The notes beneath the pieces are model-generated. The model ran no database searches and was not told where the DNA came from. It saw only the letters and a program-made list of their open reading frames with translations. 64,000 bases of DNA, taken from an uncultured Acidobacteriota bacterium. Lineage in GTDB: Bacteria > Acidobacteriota > Thermoanaerobaculia > Multivoradales > SZUA-115. Shown here piece after piece: positions 9,253-20,400 of this stretch. Numbering within the stretch: position 1 is the stretch's first letter; each line of letters opens with the position of its first letter. Location: contig CAWDVR010000002.1 of NCBI GenBank assembly GCA_963805975.1, positions 832,001 to 896,000 of the forward strand, written 5' to 3'. A program made the position numbers and the translations under genes.

Positions 9253-11722
9253 CTACTCGACTTCGAAGAGCCGCGCCAGGAGGAGCCGCAGGGGGAAGCG
9301 GCCGAGCGAGCCGGCGGCGACCGAGACCTCGTCGAAGCTCTCGACCGGGTCCGCCTCGATCCCTTCGCCCCAGATCGCGACCGGCACCGGGTCGGCCGCG
9401 TGCTGGCCACCTTCGGAGAGCGTGGCGTGGTCGGAGGCCACCGCCACGCGCAGCGGGCCCTTGACGTGGGCGAGCAGCCAGCCGAGGCTTTTGTCCAGTC
9501 TTTCCAGGAACTTGACCTTGAGGTCCGGCCGCTGGTCGTGGGCCGCGATGTCCGCCCCCTTGACGTGGAGCACCACCAGCTCGTGGCTCGCCAGGGCCTT
9601 GGCCGCGAGGCGGAACTTGCCCGGCAGATCGGTGTCGAGGTTGGCGGTCATGTCCGGCGCCGTCATCGCCTCGCCGCCCAGCCAGGAGGAGAGGCCCAGG
9701 AACGTCCGATCGCCGGAGACGGTGGCATGGCGCAGCGGCCGCCCGGCCACCTCCACGGCGGGCAGCGTGCGCACCAGCCCGGCGCCGCGGGTCACCACGG
9801 CGTTGGCCACCGGCCGGCCGGCGGCACGGCGCTTCTTGTTCACCGGGTGGCGGGTGAGGACCCGGCGGGCCTCTTTCTCGAACAGCGCCACCAGGCGGGC
9901 GGTGCGCACCGCGGCGGCATCCCCGGGGTCGGTGGGCCGGGGTGCGAGGGGCGGCCCCGGGGGCGCGCCGTCGCCCGGGTCGCTGCCGAGGATGGCGGGC
10001 GAGAGGCCGGCACCCTGGAAGACGATCGCCAGGCGGTGCTCGGTGGTGGGCTTGACGCGCACGGTGACCCCCTTGGCCTCGCTGCCGGGGAGCTTCAGGA
10101 GGTCGAGGGCGGCGGCGAGCCTGGCGGCCTCCGAGCGGATGCGGCCCGCGCGGCGGTCGGCGAGGCTGCCGTCGCGCGCCAGGGTCGCGAGGTTGCCGCG
10201 CAGGGCGACGTCGCCGGGCTGGAGGTCGATCCCGGTCGCCAGGGCCTCGACCGGGCCGCGCTGCATGGCGGCGGGCGACTGGCCGAAGAGCGCCAGGCTG
10301 CCGGAGGCGGTGTCGGGCACCACGCCGGGGGCCACGGGGTCGGCGAGGCCGGTCTTGCCCTCGCGCGCCAGGCGGTCGAGGTGGGGCAGGCGGGCGGCCT
10401 CGAGCGGCGTGCGCCCGCCGAGCGCCCGCGTCGGGTGGTCGGCCACGCCGTCGATCACCAGCAGCAGGGTGGGCACCCGGCGGGCGCTCCCTTCCTCCGC
10501 GCGGCCGAGCCAGGGCAGCTTCTCCTCGAGCAGGCCGGTCACCAGCCGCAGGGCGCGCGGCAGGGCCGTCTCGCCGTCCGAGGTGTCGAAGAGCGGCATG
10601 TCGTGGGCCTCGGACTGCTCGATCAACTGCGACTGCAGGAGGCGGATAGCGGTGAAGTTCTCGATGTAGCGCCCGGCCGCCCGCGGGGTGGAGCGCGAGC
10701 GGGCTAGGAAGCGCGCGCGGTGGGTCTCCTCGGAGAGCGTGGTCAGGGTGAGCAGCACCTGGTGGACGGCGCCCTCGAGGTCCCGGAACGGCACCAGCCC
10801 CGGCATCAGGTGGACGCCCTCGACCACCACGCTCATGTTCTCGACGATGGCGCGCTCGACCACCGCCCGCACCCCCACGCAGACCCGTGTCGCCTGCTCG
10901 AGAAAAGCCGGTGCGAGGCGGGAAGGGCCGCCGCGCTCGGCCTCCTCGGCGTCCTGGTTGGCGATCAGCTCGAAGCTCGAGGCGTGGAGCGCCGGCAGGA
11001 TGGCGGGCGCGAACAGCATGCGCATCACTTGGCGGATGGTGTCCGTGGCGGTGATGCGGTAGATGCGCAGCAGGGGCGCGATCGACAGCGCCAGGGTCGA
11101 CTTGCCGGTGCCGGTGGCGCCGCCCAGGTAGAGCACCAGGGGCCGCGGCAGGCGGTGGATGCGCCGCACCAGGCGGTAGCGCGCCGCGGCGCCGGCGCCC
11201 TCGTGGCGCTCGACGATCTCGCCCACCCGCCGCGCCACCTCGTCGCTTCGCGAGCCGCTGCACTCCCTCGCGCAGCAACTGACCCTGGAGCTCGCCCACC
11301 AGCCGGTAGGCGCGGTCGAGCTCGACGCCGGCGGCGTGGAGGCTCCGCGCCAGGAGGCCGCGCGAGAAGGGCTGCGGCTCGCCGTGGTAGACGACCTCGA
11401 TCTGCGGCGGCTGCGGCCAGGCGGCGGGCGACAGGCTCGCCAGGCGCTCGGCGCCGACCAGGTTCAGGAGCTGCTCTTCGATCAGATCCTTGAGCTCGGC
11501 GGTCGAGATCGCCCGGCGCTTTCCCAGCTTGCCGCGCACCGCGCGTGCCGTCGCGTAGGCGTCCTCGAAGGGCAGGCCGCGCTGCACCAGGTCGTGCGCC
11601 ACCATGCCGCGCAGAAAGGGGTGGGGATTGCCGGCGCTGTCGCGCACCACGACGCCGCCGCGCCGCACCGCTTCCTCCGCCTTCTTCGCGCCCTCGGCGT
11701 CTCCTTTGCCTTTTTTCGCCAT
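9253..11722 (-). CDS. Fusion of ATP-cone(s) + 2-phosphoglycerate kinase-like P-loop domain + ApgM-type cofactor-independent phosphoglycerate mutase; one frameshift near 11248
   Basis: ATP-cone-like PFLRGMVAHDL and PFSRGLLARSL. Kinase motifs LGGATGTGKST, TDTIRQVMR, LHASSF, VVEGVHLMPG, YIENFTAIR. Mutase motifs LLVIDGVAD, LGGRTPLEAA, HVKGADIAAH, SDHAT, HAADPVP. Kinase and mutase share one frame; removing one base near 11248 joins the N-terminal frame (about 822 aa). Confidence 0.85.
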
Positions 11723-11768
11723 GCCGCGATGCTACCCGAACCGCCGCGGCCGCCCGCGGCACGCCGGG

Positions 11769-11808
11769 TCGTCGCACGGCTGTCACAGCGCCGTCAGACG
11801 GCCGTCCG
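11769..11808 (+). promoter_or_regulatory. Pho-box-like tandem repeats between the kinase-mutase fusion and phoU
   Basis: TCGTCGC-ACGG-CTGTCAC-AGCG-CCGTCAG-ACGG-CCGTCCG: four heptads at 11-bp period. Confidence 0.7.
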
Positions 11809-11917
11809 CCGCCCTGACCGTGCCTGTGGCACACTTCGTGGCCGTGGGCTGGCGCCCGCAGGGAGACGACTGCCGGCCAGAGAACGCCAGGCCAGGAAAC
11901 CTCAGGAAAATCAAGAC

Positions 11918-12607
11918 ATGGAAAGACACCGGGACCAGGAGCTCGCCCAGATCCGCCAGCGGCTGCTCGAGATGGCAGGCATCGTGGAGGAGATGATCGG
12001 CACCTCCATGCGCTCGCTCACCGAGCGCGACGACCCGCTCGCCGAGCGCACCATCGAACGCGACCGCGAGGTGGACCGGCTGGAAAAGCTGATCGACGAG
12101 GGCTGCCTCTCGATCCTCGCGACGCAGCAGCCGATGGCCGTCGACCTGCGCTTCCTGGTGGCGGTGATGAAGATCGTCAACGATCTCGAGCGCATGGGCG
12201 ACTCGGCCAAGAACATCGCCGAGGCGGCGCTGGTGATCAACCGGGAGCCGCCGCTCAAGCCCTACATCGACCTGCCGCACATGGCCCACCTGGCGCGCGC
12301 CATGGTGCACGACAGCCTCGACTCGTTCGTGCAGAAGAACGCGGCCCTGGCGCGCGACGTGTGGCAGCGCGACGACGCCATCGACGCCCTCTACCAGCAG
12401 CTCTTCCGTGAGCTGCTGACCTACATGATCGAGGACCCGAAGAAGGCCGGCCGCTCCCTCCACCTGCTGCTCGTCGCCCTCTACCTCGAGCGCATCGCCG
12501 ACCACGCCACCAACGTCTGCGAGGACGTCATCTACTACGTCGAGGGCGAGGACATCCGCCACGAGGCGACCCGCTACCGCGACGCGGTGGCCGAGAAGAC
12601 GAACTGA
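11918..12607 (+). CDS. phoU: Phosphate signalling/transport regulator PhoU
   Basis: Two PhoU repeats: LATQQPMAVDLRFLVAVMKIVNDLERMGDSAKNIA and YLERIADHATNVCEDVIYYVEGEDIRH. ATG 11918. Confidence 0.96.
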   Translation: MERHRDQELAQIRQRLLEMAGIVEEMIGTSMRSLTERDDPLAERTIERDREVDRLEKLIDEGCLSILATQQPMAVDLRFLVAVMKIVNDLERMGDSAKNIAEAALVINREPPLKPYIDLPHMAHLARAMVHDSLDSFVQKNAALARDVWQRDDAIDALYQQLFRELLTYMIEDPKKAGRSLHLLLVALYLERIADHATNVCEDVIYYVEGEDIRHEATRYRDAVAEKTN

Positions 12608-12623
12608 GGCCCGGCCTGCCGGA

Positions 12624-12762
12624 TGGATTCCCGCTTCCGCGGGAATGACGGAGGGAGCCGGGTCGCCACGACCCCGAGTTGTCATTCCCGCGCCAGAAGG
12701 AATAGCGGAGGGAGCCGGGCCGCTGCGATCTGGGTTGTCATTCCCTCGCAAGCGGGAATCCA
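12624..12762. repeat. REP/BIME-like palindrome cluster (ATTCCC-N8-GGGAAT type)
   Basis: TGGATTCCCGCTTCCGCGGGAATGAC (12624-12649), partial GTCATTCCCGCG (12681), inverted GTCATTCCCTCGCAAGCGGGAATCCA (12737-12762). Linker CGGAGGGAGCCGGG is duplicated. Confidence 0.8.
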
Positions 12763-12807
12763 TCTCCTCTCCTCGCCGTCGCGCCGAGCGGGCTATCCTT
12801 CGCCTGC

Positions 12808-14613
12808 ATGGCTCTCGCTCCCCAGTGGCTCCTGATCGCCCTCCTGGTCGTCGCCGTCCTGCTCCTGGTCTCGAGCCGCGTGCGGCCGGACCTCGTCGCT
12901 TTCCTGGTGCTCGCCCTCCTGCCGCTGACCGGCGCGGTCAGCTTCCCCGAGGCGCTCTCGGGGTTCTCGCGCTCGGTCGTCATCACCATCATCGGCCTCT
13001 TCATCTTGAGCCAGGCGCTCGAGGACACGGGCGTGGTGCAGTGGATCGCGGACCGCCTGCGGGCGCTCGGCGGCGGCTCGGAGGCGCGGCTGGTGCTGCT
13101 CTTCATGGCGGTAGCGGCGGGGCTCTCTCTGCTGATGAACAACCTAGCGGTGACCGCAGTGCTGCTGCCCGCCGCCGTGCAGGTGGGCCGCGAGTCGCGC
13201 GTGGCGCCGTCGAAGCTCCTGCTGCCGCTCTCCTTCGGGACCCTCCTGGGCGGCATGGCCACCTACTTCACCACCGCCAACATCCTGCTCTCCGGCCTCT
13301 TGACCGAGCGCGGCGAGCGCGACCTCCACATGCTGGACTTCCTGCCCACCGGCGGCCTGATCGCCGTGGCCGGCATCCTGTTCATGACCTGGGTCGGGCG
13401 GCGTGCCCTGCCGCGCCGCGAGTCGGCGGCGCGCGAGGCGAGCCCGTATCTGCTGTCGCGGAGCCTCTACGAGAGCTACCGGCTGGGCGAGCAGCTCTGG
13501 GAGGTGCGGGTGCCGGGCGCCAGCCGGCTCGCCGGCTCGACACTCGCCGAGAGCCGGCTGGGCGAGCGGTTGGGGATCACGGTGCTCGCGGTGTGGCGCG
13601 GGCACCGCGCGATCTTCACGCCCCCGCCCGCGCAGCCGATCGAGACCGGGGACATCCTGCTGGTCCTGGGCTCGCGCGAACGGGTGGCGGAGATGGCGGC
13701 GCTCGGCCTCGAGCCCGGCCGCGACCCAGCCACGGGCGCCGGCACGCGGGAAAACATGGTGGACCTGACCGAGGTCCTGATCCCGCCGCGTTCGAGCGCC
13801 GTGGGCAAGACCCTGACCGAGCTCGACTTCCGGAACCGGCACGACCTGACGGCCGTGGCGCTCTGGCGCCAAGGCGCGAGCCACGGCACGGACGTGGGAC
13901 GGCTGCGCCTCGAGGTGGGCGACGCCCTGCTGATGGTGGGCGCGCCGGAACGCATCCGGGAGCTCGAGCGGGAGACCGACTTTCTCGTCCTCCAGAGCAG
14001 CCATGCCGCCCGCCCGAGCCTGCCCCACAAGGCGTCGCTGGCGCTGGGCATCACCGCCGCGGTGCTCGCGGCCTCGATCTTCCAGCTCCTGCCGACCGCC
14101 GCGGCGATGATGCTCGGCGTGGTGGCGCTCGCCTTCACCGGCTGCATCCACCTGGACGCCGCCTACCGCTCGATCGACTGGCGGGTGGTCTTCCTGGTGG
14201 CCGGCATGCTGCCGCTGTCGCTCGCCATGACCAACAGCGGGCTCGCCCTCCGCATCGGTAACGCGCTGGTCTCGCTGCTCGCGCCGCACGGGGCGCTGGC
14301 CCTGGTCGCCGGCCTCTGCCTCCTGGCCGTGCTCCTCACCCAGGTGGTCGGCGGGCAGATCGCGGCCCTCCTGGTGGGGCCGGTCGCGGTGGGCGCCGCG
14401 CTGGCAGAGGGCATCGACCCCAGGGCCACCGCCGTGGCGGTGGCCATCGCCTGCTCCATGGCCTTCCTCACCCCGGTCTCGCACCCCACCAACGTGCTGG
14501 TGATGGGCGCCGGCGGCTATGTGCCGCGCGACTTCTGGAAGGCCGGCCTCGGCATGACGCTGGTCTCCTTCGCGGCGCTCCTCCTCGGGCTCAAGCTCTT
14601 CTGGGGCCTGTGA
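12808..14613 (+). CDS. SLC13/DASS family permease with tandem TrkA-C domains
   Basis: RPDLVA, LSGFS, LMNNLAVTAVLLPA, PSKLLLPLSFGTLLGG, central TrkA-C repeats (GDILLVLG, GDALLMVG), AFLTPVSHPTNVLVMGAGGY. Confidence 0.9.
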   Translation: MALAPQWLLIALLVVAVLLLVSSRVRPDLVAFLVLALLPLTGAVSFPEALSGFSRSVVITIIGLFILSQALEDTGVVQWIADRLRALGGGSEARLVLLFMAVAAGLSLLMNNLAVTAVLLPAAVQVGRESRVAPSKLLLPLSFGTLLGGMATYFTTANILLSGLLTERGERDLHMLDFLPTGGLIAVAGILFMTWVGRRALPRRESAAREASPYLLSRSLYESYRLGEQLWEVRVPGASRLAGSTLAESRLGERLGITVLAVWRGHRAIFTPPPAQPIETGDILLVLGSRERVAEMAALGLEPGRDPATGAGTRENMVDLTEVLIPPRSSAVGKTLTELDFRNRHDLTAVALWRQGASHGTDVGRLRLEVGDALLMVGAPERIRELERETDFLVLQSSHAARPSLPHKASLALGITAAVLAASIFQLLPTAAAMMLGVVALAFTGCIHLDAAYRSIDWRVVFLVAGMLPLSLAMTNSGLALRIGNALVSLLAPHGALALVAGLCLLAVLLTQVVGGQIAALLVGPVAVGAALAEGIDPRATAVAVAIACSMAFLTPVSHPTNVLVMGAGGYVPRDFWKAGLGMTLVSFAALLLGLKLFWGL

Positions 14614-14634
14614 GGGGACGCCGTCAAGCCGCAG

Positions 14635-15252
14635 CTACGGCGAGCCGAACCGGAAGCCGAAGGTGACGCTCGCCTCGTAGTCCGTCGCCTCGTAGGACAC
14701 CTCGAAGTCGTCCGCTTCCTCCTCGTCGCCGAAGTAGCGGCGCGCCCGGACCTCCGGGCGGATATAGAACCGCTCGCCCGCGTCCCACTGGTAGCCAACG
14801 CCCAGGTGCGCGGTCAAGAGATCCTCGGTGTCGGAGATGCTCGCGGAGACGTCGAGGAAGGTGAACTCCAGGTCGGCGTCGATCCGCGCCCAGCCGGGGC
14901 CGCCGAAGACCACGAGCCCGCTGCCGGTCGGGTACCACTGGAACGAGAGATCGAGCGTGGTCAGGTCGGCCTCGAAGTCGATGTCGATGGGGAACTCCGG
15001 GTCTTCGTCGATGTCGATCGGGAAGGCGTCCGCGAGGTCGACCCGCCCCACACTGGCCTCGAAACCGAAGTTGGGGTTGAACCGGTAGCCGCCCCGGATG
15101 CCGAAGACCTCGGTGCGGTCCGCGTCACTGTCGTCCGGCTCGTAGATACCGCCGAAGACCCCCAGGCTCCCCTGGGCCAGGGCCGGCGGCGCCCCGGCGA
15201 TGAGGGCCAGAGCGACGAGGGCCCCCACCCAGACACAATGCTTGCTTCTCAT
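14635..15252 (-). CDS. Small outer-membrane beta-barrel protein (OmpA-like transmembrane domain)
   Basis: GGAGG RBS, signal peptide, GIRGGYRFNPNFGFEASVG, C-terminal strand ASVTFGFRF. Confidence 0.85.
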   Translation of the reverse strand: MRSKHCVWVGALVALALIAGAPPALAQGSLGVFGGIYEPDDSDADRTEVFGIRGGYRFNPNFGFEASVGRVDLADAFPIDIDEDPEFPIDIDFEADLTTLDLSFQWYPTGSGLVVFGGPGWARIDADLEFTFLDVSASISDTEDLLTAHLGVGYQWDAGERFYIRPEVRARRYFGDEEEADDFEVSYEATDYEASVTFGFRFGSP

Positions 15253-15389
15253 GGCATTCCTCCCGTTGGAAAGCTTCTCTTACGTATACGCGTTTTATGT
15301 ACCCGAGGTTACGCTCCCCGATGGGCTCGTCCCACAGGCTACAGGGAAATGCGCTGGAGAGAGGCCAGGTCCGTCAGTGAATCGGCGGC

Positions 15390-17440
15390 TCAGGGGGCGT
15401 CGCGGTGCCGAAGCAGGCGCGCCAGCAGCACGAGGAGCGCCGCCACGGCCGCGACGAGAATTCCCCAGAAGAGCAGGCGGTCGCGGCGGGATGGGTCGGT
15501 GCCCGTCAACTCCTCGGGGCCGGGCGCGATCTCGTGCGCCGCGGCGCCCACCAGCCGGGGAGCGAGGAGCGCCAGGTCGTAGCGGGGTGCCGCGAGGCCC
15601 GGCTGCCCGTAGAAGAGCTTCACCTCGCCCTGGCCGACGAAGAAGCGCATCCGCCAGGCCGGCAGCAGGAGCTGCGGCGCCGCGAGCGGCAGCGGGCTGT
15701 TGTCGCCGTCGTCGATCAAAAGCACCAGCGTGTCGCCGGCGAGCGGCGGCAGCTCGAGCGTCAGGGCCGGGGCCGGCGTCTCCGGATCGGCGTGCCGCCA
15801 GGTCCCGCTCGCGATCCGTAGCGGGCCGCGTTCCGCCCGCCCCTCCCCCACCCGCGCGCTCTCCACCTCGACCCGGCGCTCGAAGACCCGCGCCCGCGTG
15901 GTGAGGACCAGCCGTGAACCCGGCAGCCCGGCGTACGGCAGAGCCAGCCGGTAGCCGGACACGCGGCCCCGCTCGCCGGTCTCGTCGGCAAGGCTTTCGA
16001 GCTCGAGGTCGAGCACCAGCGGCTCGTCGCGCTTCTCGAGCAGGTAGGGCACCTGCCGGCCCTGGGTATCGCCGAGCCGCACGTCGGCCAGCCCGGGGCT
16101 GTGGGCGAGCACCGCGGCGTCGAGCGCCAGGGCGTTCAAGCCCGGCTTCGTGCCCGGTACGGCGCGGCGGTAGCGGAAGCCGGCGGTCGCGAGCGGCGCA
16201 CCGGAAAGCTCCACCGGGGCCGCCGTGGGCGCGGCCGCCGAGGATGGGGCCTCCTCGACCGGCTTCCACCGGGCCTGCCGCGCGGAGACGGGCGAGACCC
16301 GGCCGCGCAGGGCCTCGAGGTCGTAGCGCGGCGCCCGCGCCTCCGGCCTGCCGAAGCGCGCGGTGAGCGGCGCGCCGTCCTGGCTCTCGAGGTAGATCCA
16401 GGGCAGAGGCGCAAAGGCTCCGGAGACGGCCACCAGCTCGAGCGGCGGGTTGTCGCCGTCGTCCACCACCAGCTCCAGCTCGGCTCCCTCCGGCGGCAGG
16501 ATGGGGATGGCGAGCGCCTCCGCCGCCAGCCCGCCCCGCGCCACCCGCCGCAGAACGGCGGTGCCGAGGGGAACGGGCAGCACCCTGGCGCCGGAAGAGG
16601 ATGCAGTGGCGGGCGGGCCGGAGAGCCGCGCCTCCGTGACCCGCGCCTCGCGCAGCAGGTAATCGCCCGCCACCTCCAGCTCGATCGCGACCAGCGGCAG
16701 GTGCGAGCCGGGCGGCCGCAGGCGGAAGCGGCTCTTGCCCGGCTCGCTCGCGCGGCGCTCGAAGGCGAGGTCGATGCGCTCCGCTGCCGGCGCCGGAGCG
16801 CTGCGAGCTGGCGCGCCTCGGCCCGCGCCGGCATGGGCAGCCGGCCGCTCGCCCGATCGTCCCATTCGAGCCGCAGGTAGCGGTAGTCGCCGGCCGCGAA
16901 GCCCACGACCGTGCGGCGCAGGCGCTCCTCGGGCAGATCGAAGAGCGTGCCCTCCGGCGCGAGGAGCGTCCAGCGCTCCCGGTCGCCGCTGCCTTCGAGG
17001 CGGAAGCGCTTGAGAAACGGCGCCGGCAGCCCGGAGATCTCCAGCCGATCGACGAGGAGTGGCGCTCCGAGGTCGACCTCGAAACCGCTCCTGTCCTTGG
17101 TGGCGGCGACCGCCAGCAGGCGCCCGGCGACCCGGCGGGGGCTGGCGCTCTCGGGCGCCACCAGCAGGTAGGGCACCTCGCGCCCCTGAGCGTCGAAGAG
17201 ACGCAGATCCTCCAGGCCGCGCTCGAAGCGCCAGCCCACGCCATCTTCCGCCCGCTGATAGATCAGCGGCTTGGCGCCCGAAAGGAGCGGCGCATCCACC
17301 GCCACCCACGCCGGCCCGGGGCCTTGCGGCACCAGCCGGCGCTCGAAGCGCGCCTCCGCCTCCTGGGCAGCCGCGGTAGCCGTGCTCGCGAAGGCCGCCA
17401 GGAGCCCGGCGGCGAGCAGAGCCCGTCTCGCCGCCTTCAC
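15390..17440 (-). CDS. DUF3999-like exported protein with C-terminal membrane anchor; one frameshift near 16800
   Basis: GTG 17440 overlaps the upstream stop (GTGA). Signal peptide. Duplicated motifs DLRLFDAQGREVPYLL / DVRLGDTQGRQVPYLL, DDGDNPPL / DDGDNSPL, APRYDL twice. C-terminal TM helix. The two halves are in different frames. Confidence 0.75.
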
Positions 17441-20400
17441 TGCTCTCCCTCGCGCGGCGCCAGCACGAAGCGCTGCAGCAAGAGAGCCACCAGCGCCAGG
17501 CAGACGGCCAGACCCACGAAAGAGGCCACGCGGTAGAGCCCGCCCAACTGCGAGAGGTCGTAGAGGAACGCCTTGAGCACCGTGGCCGAGAGCAGCACGA
17601 TGGCGCACACCCGCACCACCTTGTGCCCGAGGTAGAGGCCGGCCGCCAGCAGGCCCATGGCGAACACCCCCCAGCCGATGGTGTAGGCGAGGTCCTCGGC
17701 GAGGCTGCTCTCCCCCGAGAGGAAGCCGAACGTCAGGGTGGTGCCGGTCGAGAAGAAGTCGGCGATCTCGATGTTGAGCAGCAGGAAGAGGAGCACCGTG
17801 CCGGCGCCGGCGAAGAGCGGCCTGGCACGCAGGCCCTCGAACAGGCGGTCGTCCTTGCCGGAGAGCAGCCACACCGCGAGGAACAGCGACGCGACGGCCG
17901 CCAGGTAGGTGTAGAGATACCAGTTCCAGATCGGCACGTCGCTCCGCGGGTGGTAGGTGAGCACCGCGGGGTTCGCCGCCAGGCGGAGGAAGACCGCGGC
18001 GAAGAGGCCCACCGCCCAGGCCAGGAGCCCGCGGTGCGCCAGGCGGCGGTAGGCCCAGACGAGCGCGGCGCCGAGGAGCGCCCAGCCGACCGTGATCCAC
18101 TCCTTCTCGAGCTGCAGCGGGATCGCCACCGTGACCAGCGCCAGCACCGCGCCCACCACCATCGCCAGCCGGCCGGTGTCGCGCTCGGCTGCGGGCTCGG
18201 TCGCCAGCAGCCGCCAGAGCATCACGGCGAGCACCGCCGCGAGCGTCACCGGCAGGAGTCCGATGACCCCCTCCGCACCGCCGCGCACCATGGCGTGGTG
18301 GCCGAAGAAGAACGCCGGCGCGGTGGCCAGGATCGCCGCCAGGTAGGGCGCGCGCGCGGCCAGCGCCCGCCGGCCGAGCACCAGCGGGTAGGCGGCGAAG
18401 GGCAGGTAGAGGAGCCCCGCGAGGAGAAGCTCCTCCGACCAGCGCTCGGCGGCGAAGTGGCGGAGCTGCCAGACGGCGACGGCGAGCGCGGACGGCACCA
18501 CCGCGACGACGGCCAGGACGTGACGGCCGCTCGCCGCCGCGAGCACCAGCCAGAGGAGAACCAGGGCGAGGTGCAGGCCGGCGACGGTAGCGAGGCCCGG
18601 GTAGCCGGGCAGCACGGTGGCGAGCATCACGACCGCCTGCGCCCCGAGCAACCCGAGGGCGGCGGCGAGCTCGAACGACGGGATCGGTTCCCCGCCCGGC
18701 CGCCGGCGGCGCGCCGCGAACCAAGCGCCCACCCCGAGGGCGGCGAGGAGCACGGCGAAGGTGGCGGCGGTTGCCGGCCACGGTGCCTGGCGGGCGGTTC
18801 CTGCCCAGACCAGGAGGAAGAGCTCGGAGGCGACGAGCCCGCCAGCCAGGAGCAAGCCGTCCGCACCGGCGAGCGCCGCGGCGGCGAAGGCCAGCGCCAG
18901 CACGCCGAGCACCGCGAGGAGCGGCCAGGGCTCCGCGGCGATCTCCGGCCGCACGGCGGCATAGAGCATCAGGAGCGGTGCCGAAAGAGCGAGATAGGCG
19001 CTCCCTCGGAAGCCGCTGCCTTCCTCTCCCAGCCGGCGCACGACGAGCGGGATGGCGAGGTAGAAGAGAGCGAACACGGCGAGCACCGCGAGCGCCTCGA
19101 GGATGCGCTCCGGCGCCAGTCGCTTCGCGGTCCAAACCCACTCGCCGACCACCGCCAGCGAGGCCGCGACGAAGAAGGTCTCGGGCAGACGGCGGCGCAC
19201 GGCCACGAAAGCAGCCAGCGCGAGAAGCGGTAGGAGAGCGCCGAAGAGCAGCCAGGGTCGTACGGTGGCTGGCTCGAGCGCCGCCAGCACCGGGAAGGCG
19301 AAGAACAGCAGGGCTCCGGCGTAGGTGCCGCGGCGCGCGTCCGCGTAGAAGCGCGGCCGGCCGAGCCGCTCCGCGCCGAACGGTGCCGCGAGCAGGAAGG
19401 CGATGAAGGCGGCCGCCAGGCCCAGCACCGCCGGCCAGGCCGCGGGGCTGTAGGAGCCGCGGAACCAGAGCGCGAAGACGAGAACCGCCGTGCCGCCGCC
19501 GGCCAGGTGCAGCCACGTGGGGCCACGCCACACCGCGATCGCCGAGAGCCCCAGCACCAGGAGTCCCAGGAAGCCGAAGAGCAGCAGGAAGCGGTCGGCG
19601 TAGGCGGGCACGGTCGCGAGATACACGGCGAAGGCCAGGGGCAGGCTCGCCGCCCAGGCCGCGGTCGCCGTGAAGGCCCGCTCGGGCTCCCCCTCGCCGC
19701 TCGGGCGGCGGGTGAGCAGCACGGCCGCGAAGAGCGCCGGGAAAAGCAGGAAGATGCCGAGCCCCAGGGGCATGCGGGGCGAGTCCAGGAACTTCACCAC
19801 CCACTGCCACTGGTAGAGCGTGGTGGCGGCGAGCGACAGGGCGGCGAGGAGCGGCCAGCGCTTCTTGACCGCCACCCACGCGAGGCCCAGGTTGAGCAGC
19901 ACCAGGTAGCCGAAGAGCGGCACCGTGCGGTCCTCCGGGCCGGAGAGCAGCATCGGCGTGGCGAAGCCGCCCACCAGGCCCAGGAGCGCGATGAACACCG
20001 AGTCCCGGCGGATCGAGAGCAGCACCGCCACCGCCGTCACCAGCCCCATCAGCAGGAACGTCGCGAGGAGCGGCAGCAGGCCCCAGAGCACGTGCGCGGC
20101 AAAGAACGTGGCGAAGAGGATGGCGATGCCGGCGGCATCGAGCGCGTTGGCGGTCACCCGGTAGCGGCGCGCCGCCCTGAGCTCGCAGCCCACCAGCAGG
20201 CCGATGCCGGCGAGCAGGCCGAGCGCCATGCGCACCGGCGGGCTCAGCCAGCCCTGGTCCACCGAGTAGCGCAGGAAGAAGACCGCCGCGACGACCAGCG
20301 CCACGCCGGCGATCCAGGAGAAGAGCTTGACGCCGATCAACCGCTCCCAGTCGAAAGCAGCCTTGGGCTCCGAAGGCGGAGCGGAGAAGGTCGGTATGGG

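Noticed and set aside
11827-11843. TGGCAC upstream of phoU as a sigma54 promoter
   Set aside because: The -12 position reads GG rather than GC at the required spacing.
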